DNA of 64,000 bases from Raillietiella orientalis (Eukaryota): contig JAYWIR010000024.1 in NCBI GenBank assembly GCA_036172245.1, forward strand, positions 1,984,001 through 2,048,000, written 5' to 3'. Below are positions 49,980-61,200 of the stretch, piece after piece. The position numbers were made by a program, and so were the translations under genes. Within the stretch, counting starts at the first letter, position 1. Each line of letters begins with the position of its first letter. The notes beneath the pieces were generated by a model. It was not told where the DNA came from, ran no database searches, and saw only the letters and a list, made by a program, of their open reading frames with translations.

Positions 49980-52900
49980 AACATCAATGTATTTCGATGA
50001 CTTTATGTAATAAATGCCCCTGCACGACCGATTGAGAATCATTCTGGGCCGATAGCAAAGGTATCCCCGTGAGTTCGCATCTGGTCTTTAAAAAAAAAAA
50101 AAAAAAATGGATGAAAAGAGGGATGCTGCTGACAACCACACCTCGTTTGGAGATGCTGGAAACACAAATAGGGCTTCTTCCTCACAGCCCTGAGTAAAAC
50201 CGCAGGCTGCAAGAGGTGCATTGCACACTGTCGTGCAGCCGTTATCGTCAAGTGCCTTCGAGTTGCTCAAGTCACTCAATGCGGCTTCCTGGCCGTTCCC
50301 AATTTTCCCCGCTTCAAGGTTCGGGCTGCTTCCCGCTCTTCCCGGAACGCCACCGCCAGAGAGAGAGGTCTGGCGTTGTGTTGGCCTCACTTCCGCGAGT
50401 CGGGTCGGTTCGATGGTTCATACCCGTCAGGAGAGGCGAGAGCCCTTCCAGGCTGCTCCGGTCCGGGACGGATGGTTTCCGGGAAGGCGCGCGCTCGGGA
50501 AGAGCGCGTTGTGGCGGCGCTTTCCGGTTGGCCAATTCCCCGCAAGCCAGCGGCGACGAACAGAGCGATTTCACAAAAATCATCGGCGGCTTCGGATCGA
50601 AGGGAAGGTCATTCCTGAGGGATCAGATGAGATATGAGATTGCCCGAGGCTGAGGCGCTTAGGGAAAAAGGCAGAAAAATCTTATCGACGGTTGTGTTTT
50701 CCGTGCGCCTGGTGATCTCATCTGGGGAATGGGAGAGGGAAGCGGGTCAAGCAAATGTTCCTGATGAGAGGTTCCTCTCCTCCTCCTCCCTCAACAATCT
50801 TTGAGACCGCTGCGCCGATTCTTTCCGTTTTAACAGACTCCCTCGAACAGCGTTCCCCCTGCATTCGTCGGGTGAGCACATTTCATGTTTCGCGTTGGAA
50901 ACGCGTCCTGGAAAAAGATGTCCCTCGTATCATTCCGGGAGCATGGAAGAAAATTGGCGCATGCATACGACACACGTGACGTGCCGTGGCCTCCTGCACA
51001 TGAATTGGCTGTGGACCGATTGCTGCATCTTTCGACCGACGGGTCTGGGACCACGCAACTTTCCGGCCTGCCCAAATGGCCTGCCCAAGAAGGACTTGGG
51101 AGGATGAAGATGAAGATGCGAGGGAACCGTCGTCAAAGCAGGTGAGAACTGGAAATCTCGATGGATCAGCGCGACCTTGGAGCAGCAGAGAGGCGAAGGA
51201 AGGTGCTGAAACCCAGACCTCTCGCACTTGGACGAGCCATTTCCCCTTTTGCCCTTCCAGAGATCACGTGGCAGCGGGCACCGCGTCGCCAACGTGCAGC
51301 GAGAGCTGACTGCGGAAGGGGCGCAGCTTGGACGGTATCTGGGTCGCGTCCTCTGCCATCTCTGGACCAATGGCAGGGGAACCTCTTCCGCGAGATCAGG
51401 AGAGTTGACTTGACCCTTTACCAGCCGAGCCCATCAGTCCAGCACACTTCGGAGATGTGCATGTGACACACCTTGCCAGCAAATGACCGCGACAGCTTCG
51501 GAGCTCATCGCAGTCGATCATGATGGACCTCAAAGAGCCAGCAGCGAAGGCTCTCACTGAGACCAGAGCTCCAGAGGCCGAGATGAAGAGGGGACGTCTA
51601 CTGTGTCTCTCTTCTTGCGCCTTCCGGGATCTCCTGACCACCTGCCACGGCGAAGGGAAACGTTCGGGCGTCTTCCTGGAGGAGGTTCCGAGCCAGGGAC
51701 TGCCGTCTTCGGCCATGAAGGCGTCGCGATGCTGGCTGCGAAAAAGAGCGGAGTGCCGGACGCGACTTTCGGATGCGCCCAGCGGTGCCCCGTCGCACAA
51801 CTCCCGCCACCCGCGCGAACGGCCTTCTCCTCTCCTCCTAGCAGCACCAGAAGGGGAGAGACTTAGCCTGGAGGCATGCTGGAGGTGGAAGTCGAGGAAA
51901 CAGGTGGATCCCTTCCCCACTTTCCGATGGTAAAGAAGTCTGGGACCCGGTGGGGTCCAGCTTTTAAGACAAGATGCCTGTTCAGCATCCTCTGTCAGAA
52001 AGGCCGTGCCACTCCGCGCCGCTCGAAAAGGATGAAGGTTGAAGAGATAAGGGAAGAGGGAAGGACAGGAACTACCCATTTGCAGGCCACATAGCTGCAG
52101 CAGAAGACTTCCCGGACGAGCAAAATGAGGCACACCCTGAAATGCTTGGTCCCGACCAGAGCAAATGCTCTGCCTTCGGGAATGGAGCTGCTATTTCTTG
52201 GAAATACCTCGTGGGGGAAAGGGAGGAGATCTCCGGAAGGATGTGCAGGTGCAAATTCGGATGGCTCTTTGGATGACCAAGGTGCACCTGACCACGACGA
52301 GATCAAAGAACACCCTGGAGGAGTCTCTCAGCATCCTTGGTGCCAGCTATTCGCAAGAGCTGGATGCAGGGGCGAAAGAAGAATCAAACCTTCTAGCAGT
52401 CGCTTTGTCCCAAGCATTTCTCCCGTCCTCCTCCTCATCTTCCCTTCTCCCTCCTCCTCTTTCCTTCCTTTTCTCCATCTCCTCCTTCTCTCTTCCTCTT
52501 CCTCCTCCTCATCCCGGTCTTCCATCATCCTTGCTGTCCAGCTTGGCACTCCCTTGTTGAACAGAATCCCGATCAGGGAGGGCGGCGTCTTCCAAGCCGT
52601 TTCCCACACCCAGGAGAATCCATGCAACTTTCGAAACAATTCCTGGTGCGCGGCTGGCCACTGTCTCCGCCTCATCCCCTACGCGCAGTCGTCATCAAGG
52701 GAAGGCCACCCGCTTGAAAACCGCGCGTTGTGGAGAGATGCTGGGTGCAGCGCGTTGCTCAGTACAGCCCGCTCCGCATGCCACCCGCAGGCGTCACCAT
52801 CCAGGGTGGACCAAGTTCAACAGACGGAGCGACCCGGGCGGTCCCGACGAGAACCTTCAGAAGGAAAGGACCATCGCCCTCGGAGCTCGCTGTCCCTCCG

Positions 52901-53563
52901 AAGGACCGGCGCCAAGGGAAGGAGTGTCGACACGCGAGCGGGTGCACAAAAGGACGGGCGTCGGCACGGGCGAGGGTGCTCGCTTCCCCGGTCACGGAGA
53001 GATTCGAGAAATAAGAAAACCCTGATGGAAGTCCAGGCCGCTCAACGGCACGGCCGAGAGGATGCTCGACGTGGAGAGGAACGTTGCAGACACATTTTCA
53101 ACATGGGACTTCTCGGTCTCGCCACCAGAAGGCATCCTCGAGCAGGAAACGACCGGTATCCTGCAGGAGACTTCCATCCTTTCCCAAGAGGACAGGCTCT
53201 TTAAAACGCTCTTCTTCAAGGTCCTCCTCCTTGCATCTGAGTCTGTTCCGACTTAAGCATCTCCTCCAGTAAGTGTGTTGCATTGCCAATCTCCGGCCGT
53301 TTCCTGGACAGCCGCTTGTTTTCCAGGCTTCTTCGAAGGGCCGTAACGAACTTAAGGGCTCGCAGTGCTTCCTATCGCTGAGATCCAGGTGGCGCGTTGG
53401 AGTTCCTCTGTCCGTCCTCGTTGCCTGCATCTCCGCTCTTGCAGCAGCTCTTCCCCCTCATCCCTTCCAATGGGCTGCTGCTCCATCTGGGACCGTCAAT
53501 TAGGATGCTTATCACCTATGCTTATCCCAGGGCATGTATTACATTGCTGTGGACAAACCGTTG

Positions 53564-56001
53564 GTTCTACCACGTGCGACGAACCTGCCAAAGGCCGGTG
53601 CGCAGATCGGCGAGGACACGCTTCGTCAGCGTGGGGGAAAAGGAAACAAAAACAAAACAAACAAACAAAACAAACAAACCAGAGGAGGGGAAATTACACA
53701 CGGGGAGGGGATCGAGGTAAGGATCATGGTACGCTGCCAGGTGTTCTCCGCATCCTCCTCAGGACGCTGGCAAGTTCCGTTCGTGTAGCGCCCAGGTGAG
53801 GCCATGCCGAGGAGCTCTTCAGGAAGATCCGCGCCCAGTTCGACCTCTTCTCCTGGCGTTGCAGGCCTCCGTGATCTCGCGGAAACAGCAGAGGACTGAG
53901 AGGGATGCGGCCGGCGGCAGTGCGGCATCACTCACGAGGAGGCGTTTCAAAGTGTCCCTGGGGTCGTGCACCGGGGTTTCTAGGGTCGTTAAGAGGCGAG
54001 CCAAAGAGGTCGGAGGGCAGCACAGTCCAACAGCAGGTGCAGGAGGGTCTCCTTCCTCGCGCGCCTGCGCACCGAGTCCCCGCTCCCTCGTGTCCGGTGG
54101 TGAAGGCGCGCTTTGCACGAGATTTCTCCACGCACCACCAGCAACGACGACTCCTGCCACTTGAAGGGGAGGGCGCCACGGTTTCAGCAAGCTGGGGACC
54201 ACTTCACCTCCTCCGGAGGGATGTCGAGCATCTCTTCCCAGCGTACAAGTCCTTGGGGTGGCACACTCGGGGTCGCAGCGTCCGTGACTTCCCGAGTTGT
54301 CCATGCCCCCAGAAGTTTCTTCCTGCCTTCGATGCAGCAGGACACCTCTCACCTTGCTGGAAGGTCGCTGTCCTTTGAGTCTTTCAAGGAGGGCAGCACT
54401 GGGGCAGGAGAGGTAGATGAGACCCACCGCATCTTGAGCCTAGGATGATGGAAATCCCTTTTTGGGTTCTTCTGTTTCGCTGCTTCCCTTCCAAATGTTT
54501 TTTTTTTTTTTAATTGTCAAGGGGTACTGGAGAACCGTTCGCCTGGGGGATCACGAAATTCTTTGATGCTGCTCCACGCCACCCGCGGTTTCGTGTTAAC
54601 TCTACAAGTTAGGAGTGTATTCTGGGAGGGGATCACCTTATGAATCTAGGAAGGACTCCGAAGGAAGGAGTCCGCTCCTGTAGCGCTTGGGTGGGAAGAA
54701 ATCCTCCATCCCGGCTGCCTCCGAAGGGAACCTCGAAGGAAACCTCTCCCTTGTTCTCCCCGGAGGGACTTCCCGGAAAGGATCGGCTTCTTGTTTCCTC
54801 CTCTGACGAGAACCCCGAAGAGATGCTTCCCATTCTCTCTGAGGGATCGCTCCCGAAGGGAGCAGCGCACTTCTTCACACTCTGGAGAGGTATCGATCCA
54901 TCGGCTCCATGGAACGCTATGGAGAATACCCTCCCTAGAAGAACGGGAAGGCTCCGTTTGCACAACCTGAGAAAAAGCCCCAAAGGGAGCCGACTCCTTG
55001 ATTCTTGACAGGGACCGCGGAGGATCAACTTCGAATCTCGGCCAGTCAACGGTACATTCGGCTTCTGACTTCCACCGGTGCCGCACCTCCCTCGCCGCCG
55101 CGCTGCCCTCCCTTGGGCAACACATGGACAGGAACCTCGCGGAAAAATGGGAGAGGTTACTGCGGAAATCTCCGGAAGGAGAAGAGGACTGGGCGAGTGG
55201 GCGACGGACCAGCTCACCCACGCTGCGACCCCGAGTGCTCGACTTCGTGGACTTTTGCAGCTGGGTATTCCAGAGGAAGACCTGCGGTGGCTCCCGGTGC
55301 TCATGAACACCCGCACCCTCCCCTCAAAGTGGCAGGAGTCGGCATTGATGCCGCTGCACTGGGGCCTCCCGTGCAACGCCCACCGGCATCTGTGGACGCG
55401 GGTGTGTGTGAACCCAAACTGTGCAACGTGCGGGGAGGAGGAATCCTTCCCGCACCTCCTAGTGAACTGTATTGCCCTCCGGCCCCTTCGGGGACGCTTT
55501 ACCGTCACCCTCGGAACCCCTGGCAGCAACGTCAGAGATGTTTGAAAGCGCCTTTTCCTGAGCGACGCCCTCACGCCGGCCGCATCCCTAGCAGCACTTT
55601 GCTGCCCACGCAGCGGGACCGTGGCCGCATGGAGCAACGCCAGAGGAGGCCAACACGACAAGGAAGCCATCTTTTTAACTGTCCCCTTCATGAGGACGGC
55701 ATCAAGATGGTCCCATCTGAGAACCATAAAACAGGAACTTGCTGGCATCCTTACAAGGATGCAGAGGACGGCCTCCAGCGGACAGTGATCCCTTCTCGAA
55801 CCCGCCCTCCCTCCTTTTTTTCTTTTTGTTTGTCTCCCCTTCCCCTATGCTTCCGGGGCGAACCCCGCTGGCCTGCGTGCCAGTTCCCTGCAGGTTCCTT
55901 CTCGTGGTTATAACTAACGTGGCAGGATCAAACGTCCTGCCACAGACGCGTGTTTATTTCATAAATGAACGCCCCGGCGTGACCGGTCGTCAGCCAGTGC
56001 C
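53564..56001. repeat. Right arm of 2.44-kb inverted repeat (LINE copy 9 on -, copy 10 on +)
   Basis: As for the left arm; contains CATCGEEESFPHLLVNC zinc finger at about 55420-55470. Confidence 0.97.
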
Positions 56002-56034
56002 GCACCGGAAGTCTACAGGGTAAGCAGCGCCATT

Positions 56035-56150
56035 CTACTTGGGGAAATCGAACCCACAGCGTATGGATTTCTCTGGAGTCGATCCTTCACTTGGGGATTC
56101 GAACCCGAAACGCCTGGTACCACGTGCGGAGAGCGCAGCCATGCGGCCTC
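56035..56150 (-). mobile_element. Degenerate tRNA-derived SINE-like head
   Basis: B-box-like GGGTTCGAATCCCC (about 56093-56106) and a second GGGTTCGATTTCCCC (about 56041-56055); no complete cloverleaf. Confidence 0.35.
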
Positions 56151-57191
56151 TCAACGCAGCGAATGGGTCTTCGGACCGTGGAGAGTGTCAGAGGTCACGG
56201 AACCGAGAATCCAGACTTTCTTTGACCTTTCTGTAGGTCGCGAGCTGTTCCATTTCTGCGGCCCACCGCGGCTTCTACATGCATGCCGGGAGGGAGAAAT
56301 GGAATCGTTGGGGAAGAGGCTGCGTCCTTTCTCTTGTTCCCATATCGAGACTGAACAAAGCTTGGTTCTCAGATGTCTTCGCCCCGTGAATCCTTTCATC
56401 CCCATCGTTTTACCAAACAGCAGTTACAAATCCCTTCGGCTGCAGAAATCAACCATGGGCTAAATGGAAGTCCTTTCTTTCTCACGTACAGAGACCCTTT
56501 TGCCCGCTGTGATTACAGGAACGTGATCGCCTCAAGGGGTCCAGAACAGTCTTTCTAACCTTTAAGATTCTGGGCAGACTTCAGTGCCTTCGTTTCTGGC
56601 CCCGCTTCACTGGATGAATTTGTTCTCGTCAGCTCTATGCCACATACGCCGCCTACGTGGTCAACGATTTTGGCAGGGAATGCACGAAAACTGCCCTTCC
56701 TTCTACTAGGGGGCTCGAGGGCTGTTTTACGGGAAATTCCAAACACAGCAGACTTTAGCATAACGCTGGAGGTACGCCGCGCGTTATACGAGCTCCATGC
56801 GTTCACGCATGGATGACACTATGGTATTCGTGAAAGGAGTAGAACACCTTCTAAAAATGTTATGGCGAAGAAAATCTATTATTCCACTTTTACACAAAAA
56901 GAAAAAAAAGAAAGGTGTTTGTTTATTTTTAACTGAAAAGTAAAATTTTGCCGATTCTTTGTTCCTTCGAACAATCCCACAGTTTCAGCTCTCCCTCATC
57001 CTTGTAAGAACATTTGTCTTCTCGCTTTGTTTTATTCACGGAACTTTGAGCTGCGGAGATTTCTCGGCGAAAAAAAGGACTTTTCCATAATGTGAAACTG
57101 TTCTGAAATTCAGCCCACTCGAATCATATGTTAGCATCCTTTCTATGAACAGATGAAATGGAGCTGTACTGCGATATTGAGATGCTGTGGT

Positions 57192-57236
57192 CCTTCGGGG
57201 CTGATTTACCATAACATGGTAAATCAGCCCCGAAGG
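57192..57236. repeat. Perfect 21-bp inverted repeat with 3-nt loop
   Basis: CCTTCGGGGCTGATTTACCAT-aac-ATGGTAAATCAGCCCCGAAGG. Confidence 0.95.
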
Positions 57237-58162
57237 TCTGTAGAGATTGAGGACTGTAGAGATTTTTTTTCTTTTCTATTTTCCGTCGCGTTATAAGAAT
57301 CTGTTCCTGTCGGCAGCTCTTTTTGTTTGGGTTACCCTAATTTGCTCCTTCCCTCTTCCGCTTGCTCAGTAGCAAAACAATCAGCGATCTTTGTCCATGC
57401 TGCGGATGCACCTTTGCACAGCAGATGAGCAAGAAAGACTGGTCGAAACATTGGAATGAGTCCTGTTGGATTCTGAACGACCACTTTTTCGCACATCCTC
57501 TCTCCTTTTCTTTGATCCTCTCCTCGATCGATTTGAAAACGGGTCCAGAATAAGAGTCCTCGGACTGTCAGGCATTCCTAGACCTCCTCCGCAGAACGAA
57601 CTTCGCGTGCGTGTGGCATCGAAAGTTGAGGCTGACTTAATGCTCCGGGTCAGAGGAAATCGTAGACAAAGCAGAAACTTTCTCATTTCTAAATCCCGAA
57701 ATCTTTTCGACTTCTTTTCCAGACATAATAATCCGAGTGTCAGACGGAGTGCTCCAAACTGCACATTTCTGAGCTGTCTTCTTATGCAGCAGTTCCAGAG
57801 CTCAGATGCCCTAGTAGATCTCATCATCTTTCCGTATGCATGGCACGCTATGGACCAGTGATGGGGGATCAAAAATTTTCCCTGTGACAAATTTATAAAA
57901 TCTGGCAACACACATGCTCACGCAGCATGCCTCAGCTCTGCCTACAAAATGTTGAATAATTTTTCTCAAGATACAGCGTTTGAAAAAACAAAACCTACTG
58001 TGCGCTTTAAAAAAAATGAAAAGGAAAAAAAAAAAGGCGTGCTCTGACACAACGGCAAAGATTTTAATAAAATCACAGCTCGCTCCAAAATTTGGTGTGC
58101 GTTGTTGGTTTGCCATTGCTGACTCTGTTCATTGACCGACTTAACGTCCATAGTATAGAAGT

Positions 58163-59229
58163 TTAACCCTAGAAGGGTAACGCGGCCATTTTGTGCACAG
58201 ATGGCTGCGTGGTGTCGTATAGGACACCAAATTAAAATGATAAAAGCTTTCCAATTCCTCATAAACATTTTATCCTGTCAACGAATTTCGATTCTCTTTA
58301 CAGATTATTTCATAAGTCATTTGCACATTCACAACGTAAGGGTTTTTTTGCAAACTTTTCCCCTCCTTCCCGGTCGGCGGGACGTGGGCACACTTGGCAG
58401 CGCTTGCGGGCGGTCGAAGCTCCCTGTGGAACATCTTGGGACCTCGGATCTTCCTTGTTCCGTACAGATACAACCAAATCTCGCAAAGAACGAGGCAACT
58501 TCTTCTTCTCGCAGGCAACCGGCGTTCCACGTGAGGCGCTACGAGCTGCTGCCTTCTATTTTGGAGGAGCACTTTTCCGGAAATTCAGCTTTGTACTTTG
58601 GATTCCCAAGGGCAGCGGACACCACCACGCGCCGTCCACCATTCCGTGACAAAACGCGCAAAGGCCATCCGCACCACTTCCATCAGCTGCAGATTCGTCG
58701 TCTTGTACGCCCTCTGCTTCCGAACCTCCGTCATCCCAATCCCGGTCTTCATCAGACAAGGAAATTTCATATGGAGAAGTTGCTCGAACATCTCAGATTC
58801 GATTAAGTGCCTCAGTATTTCTTTTTTCATCCTGAGGGCTCAGCTCAAAACTCTTTTGAATTCGTTTCTCCTCTCTCATGGAGTCCAATCAACCCTTCCA
58901 CTTCATTCTGCGCGAAAATTTTATTATGGGAGAGGCCACGGGTGCAAACATCTTTGCATGCAACGTAAGCGGTGGCGCGGTGTCGTATACGACACAGTCG
59001 GGCACAACACGGAAAAAAAAAAAGGAAAAAAAAAAAACCCAATTTGTACCCAAAAAAAAACCCAACCCAAACCCAAAATTTGTACGCCATTGCGACTGCA
59101 GGCACACGGAAGGCTTAGTCAGAGGTAGCTGGAACGGCATGCTCTCGGCACTGACCATGGCGGACAGTCTGCACGTTTTAGTTCCTGGTTGTCGTGTATG
59201 ACGTCACGTTACCCTTCCACTTGGATTAA
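58163..59229 (-). mobile_element. Internally deleted piggyBac element (about 1.06 kb)
   Basis: TTAA|CCCTAGAAGGGTAACG at 58163; decayed opposite end CGTTACCCTTC..GGA|TTAA at 59207-59229; subterminal palindromes GTGTCGTATA(G/C)GACAC near 58212 and 58980; frameshifted transposase C-terminus (CAFCHGMVD, QLVAPHVERRL, LPRSLR, RKRCQVCPRPADR..KPL.CEC) fused to an acidic N-terminus. Confidence 0.85.
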
Positions 59230-60349
59230 TTCGGTTTCTTACTGGAATGCTTCGGACAGGGAAACTAGAATCTCTTTCTTGTGCACTCGTGTGTAATGGA
59301 ACGTTCCTTCCTCCTAAGCATCTCCGCTGGAGGTGTCCGTTTGGGTTTCCTTTTCTGCTAGACTTGCAGATGACCCCATCTTATGAGAGCTGATTGGAGG
59401 GTGATTGATATCATGCTTGCTCTGCATTCGATCTTGCCTTTCCTCAGTGTTTTCATGGTGATTTTGTGCACTGATAAGTGAAGCCATCTCAGAAAATAAT
59501 TCCATAACATGAGTAAAAAAAAAAAACACTTATTAATAGTAATTCTTGAGACGTACCACATAAAGTTTGCACGAAATGAATCCAAGAAACTCGTCCATCG
59601 AAAGGACACGACTGCTGAAATTTGTAATCGGCTGCAATTTGAGTTTGAGTCATCACTAGTTAATTGCGAAAGAACTGTATAGTAACGTGGTATTTCATAT
59701 GTACTCTATGATTCCAAAGCTGTTAGCAGTGTAGAAAGAAACCAATCTATTTGGCCTGTCGCTGTGCACAAGTAATGGTAGTAATCCTGGTGTACAGTGT
59801 AGCAGTGTCGGAAATTGAAATTTTCTAGGCAACCTATGCAGTGAAATATAGTCAGCTAGAACGTGCCATTCGATGGAGAAAAAAAAAAAAAAAAGGTCAC
59901 GTAGCCTTAGAGTCATATTTAATAACATAATAAGTGTTTGATCAACTTTCTGAGCGAATCTTGCACGCTGCCTTCCATTCGTGCGACATTTCTAAAGAAC
60001 ACACTGTATAGGTCACATTGTGTCTCGGTAGGTTCTCATGGTCTGCTTCCATTTCGATAGAAATTCTCTTCGATTAGAAAGCAAAAAGAAAAAAAAGAAG
60101 GAAAGGAACCAGCCTCTTATTCTCATATTGGACATTTGGAAGTGTTGTACTGAGTCCTTAGATATTTACTGTTCGCCAAAGCATTTTTCCTTTATTGTGT
60201 CTTTAGAATGCGACACGCAGCGGGAAGATGGGGATCACAGGCACTCAAAACCGGAATTGGTTGGTATACTCTTTTCTCACGCAGCTCCAACCCACGAGAA
60301 TTTGAATTACGTCTAGAAGAATCATCTTCCCTCGTATCGGCAGGGTTCG

Positions 60350-61200
60350 TTCCCAATAAAACAGATCCTGGAAACGAATTTTCCTTTTATTCACCTCGAG
60401 ATTCGCAAAACACAAAGTGACGCAAATGCTTTTCCTCCTCGTCCGTGTCGATCAAGCTGAGCCCGAAGTTTCCGATCTCAGGTGACTTCCTCGAATGTTT
60501 TCCGGCTGAGCACCCCCAGCCCCCCCAAAATGCCTTCCTTTTTTCGAAGCGGCTTGCAGGATTCGTCCTCACGAGCTTCCCTGATCTTCACTCAGCACCG
60601 GGCTTCCTGCCTCATCTCGATCTTACCTGCTCCAGCTTCGGCTGGGATTCTCGAACATTCCTGCACATGGCAACCGGATGGACCAGAGGCGCGCGCAGGG
60701 CCCTTTGTGATGGAGGGCATCCAGCCTCGTAGGATGGAGTCGTTTCGTCATCGAACCCCGTCTTAATCAGGAAGCCTGATGAAGACGAATGACAAAAATA
60801 ATTAAAGGTTCGGGAAATGGGATTATCCTTTCGCATAAAGTGCTCAACGCAATGCTGGCTGATTCCCATGCCGCCGGTTCGGTAAATCTGGCACGCATGA
60901 AGTCGTGCTGGCGCTCCCGGAAGATTTCAAAGCGACTTTTCACCTCGTGTGAAAGCACCTCAGGTTTTGCGCCGTTTAGTTTCTAGTAAAATGAACTTTC
61001 GAGAATCGTGAAACGCGTGTTGATTCAGAGGCAACGAGATGCTGGACCAAATATTGACAGATTCGCTTCGGAGAAGGGGCAGCGGAATCAAACACGGAAT
61101 AATTTTCGAGCGGAGAAAGCGACTCGCATTTTCACGTACGAACTGAATCCCTGGCAGATCATTCCTGTGCCCACCACCGTGCATGCCAAAGCCACGCGTG
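60350..61200 (-). mobile_element. Possible very degenerate hAT transposase remnant
   Basis: Weak ordered resemblance: EIF....F....FTEPAAW, then AFW...PEI...FCES (dimerisation-like). Confidence 0.25.

Noticed and set aside
52125..53204. 359-aa ORF in the inverted-repeat spacer as a transposase or cargo gene
   Set aside because: No recognisable motifs; it crosses a low-complexity tract and probable opposite-strand TE remnants.
56035..56150. Functional tRNA gene
   Set aside because: B-box only; no acceptor or anticodon stems. Kept as a SINE-like remnant.
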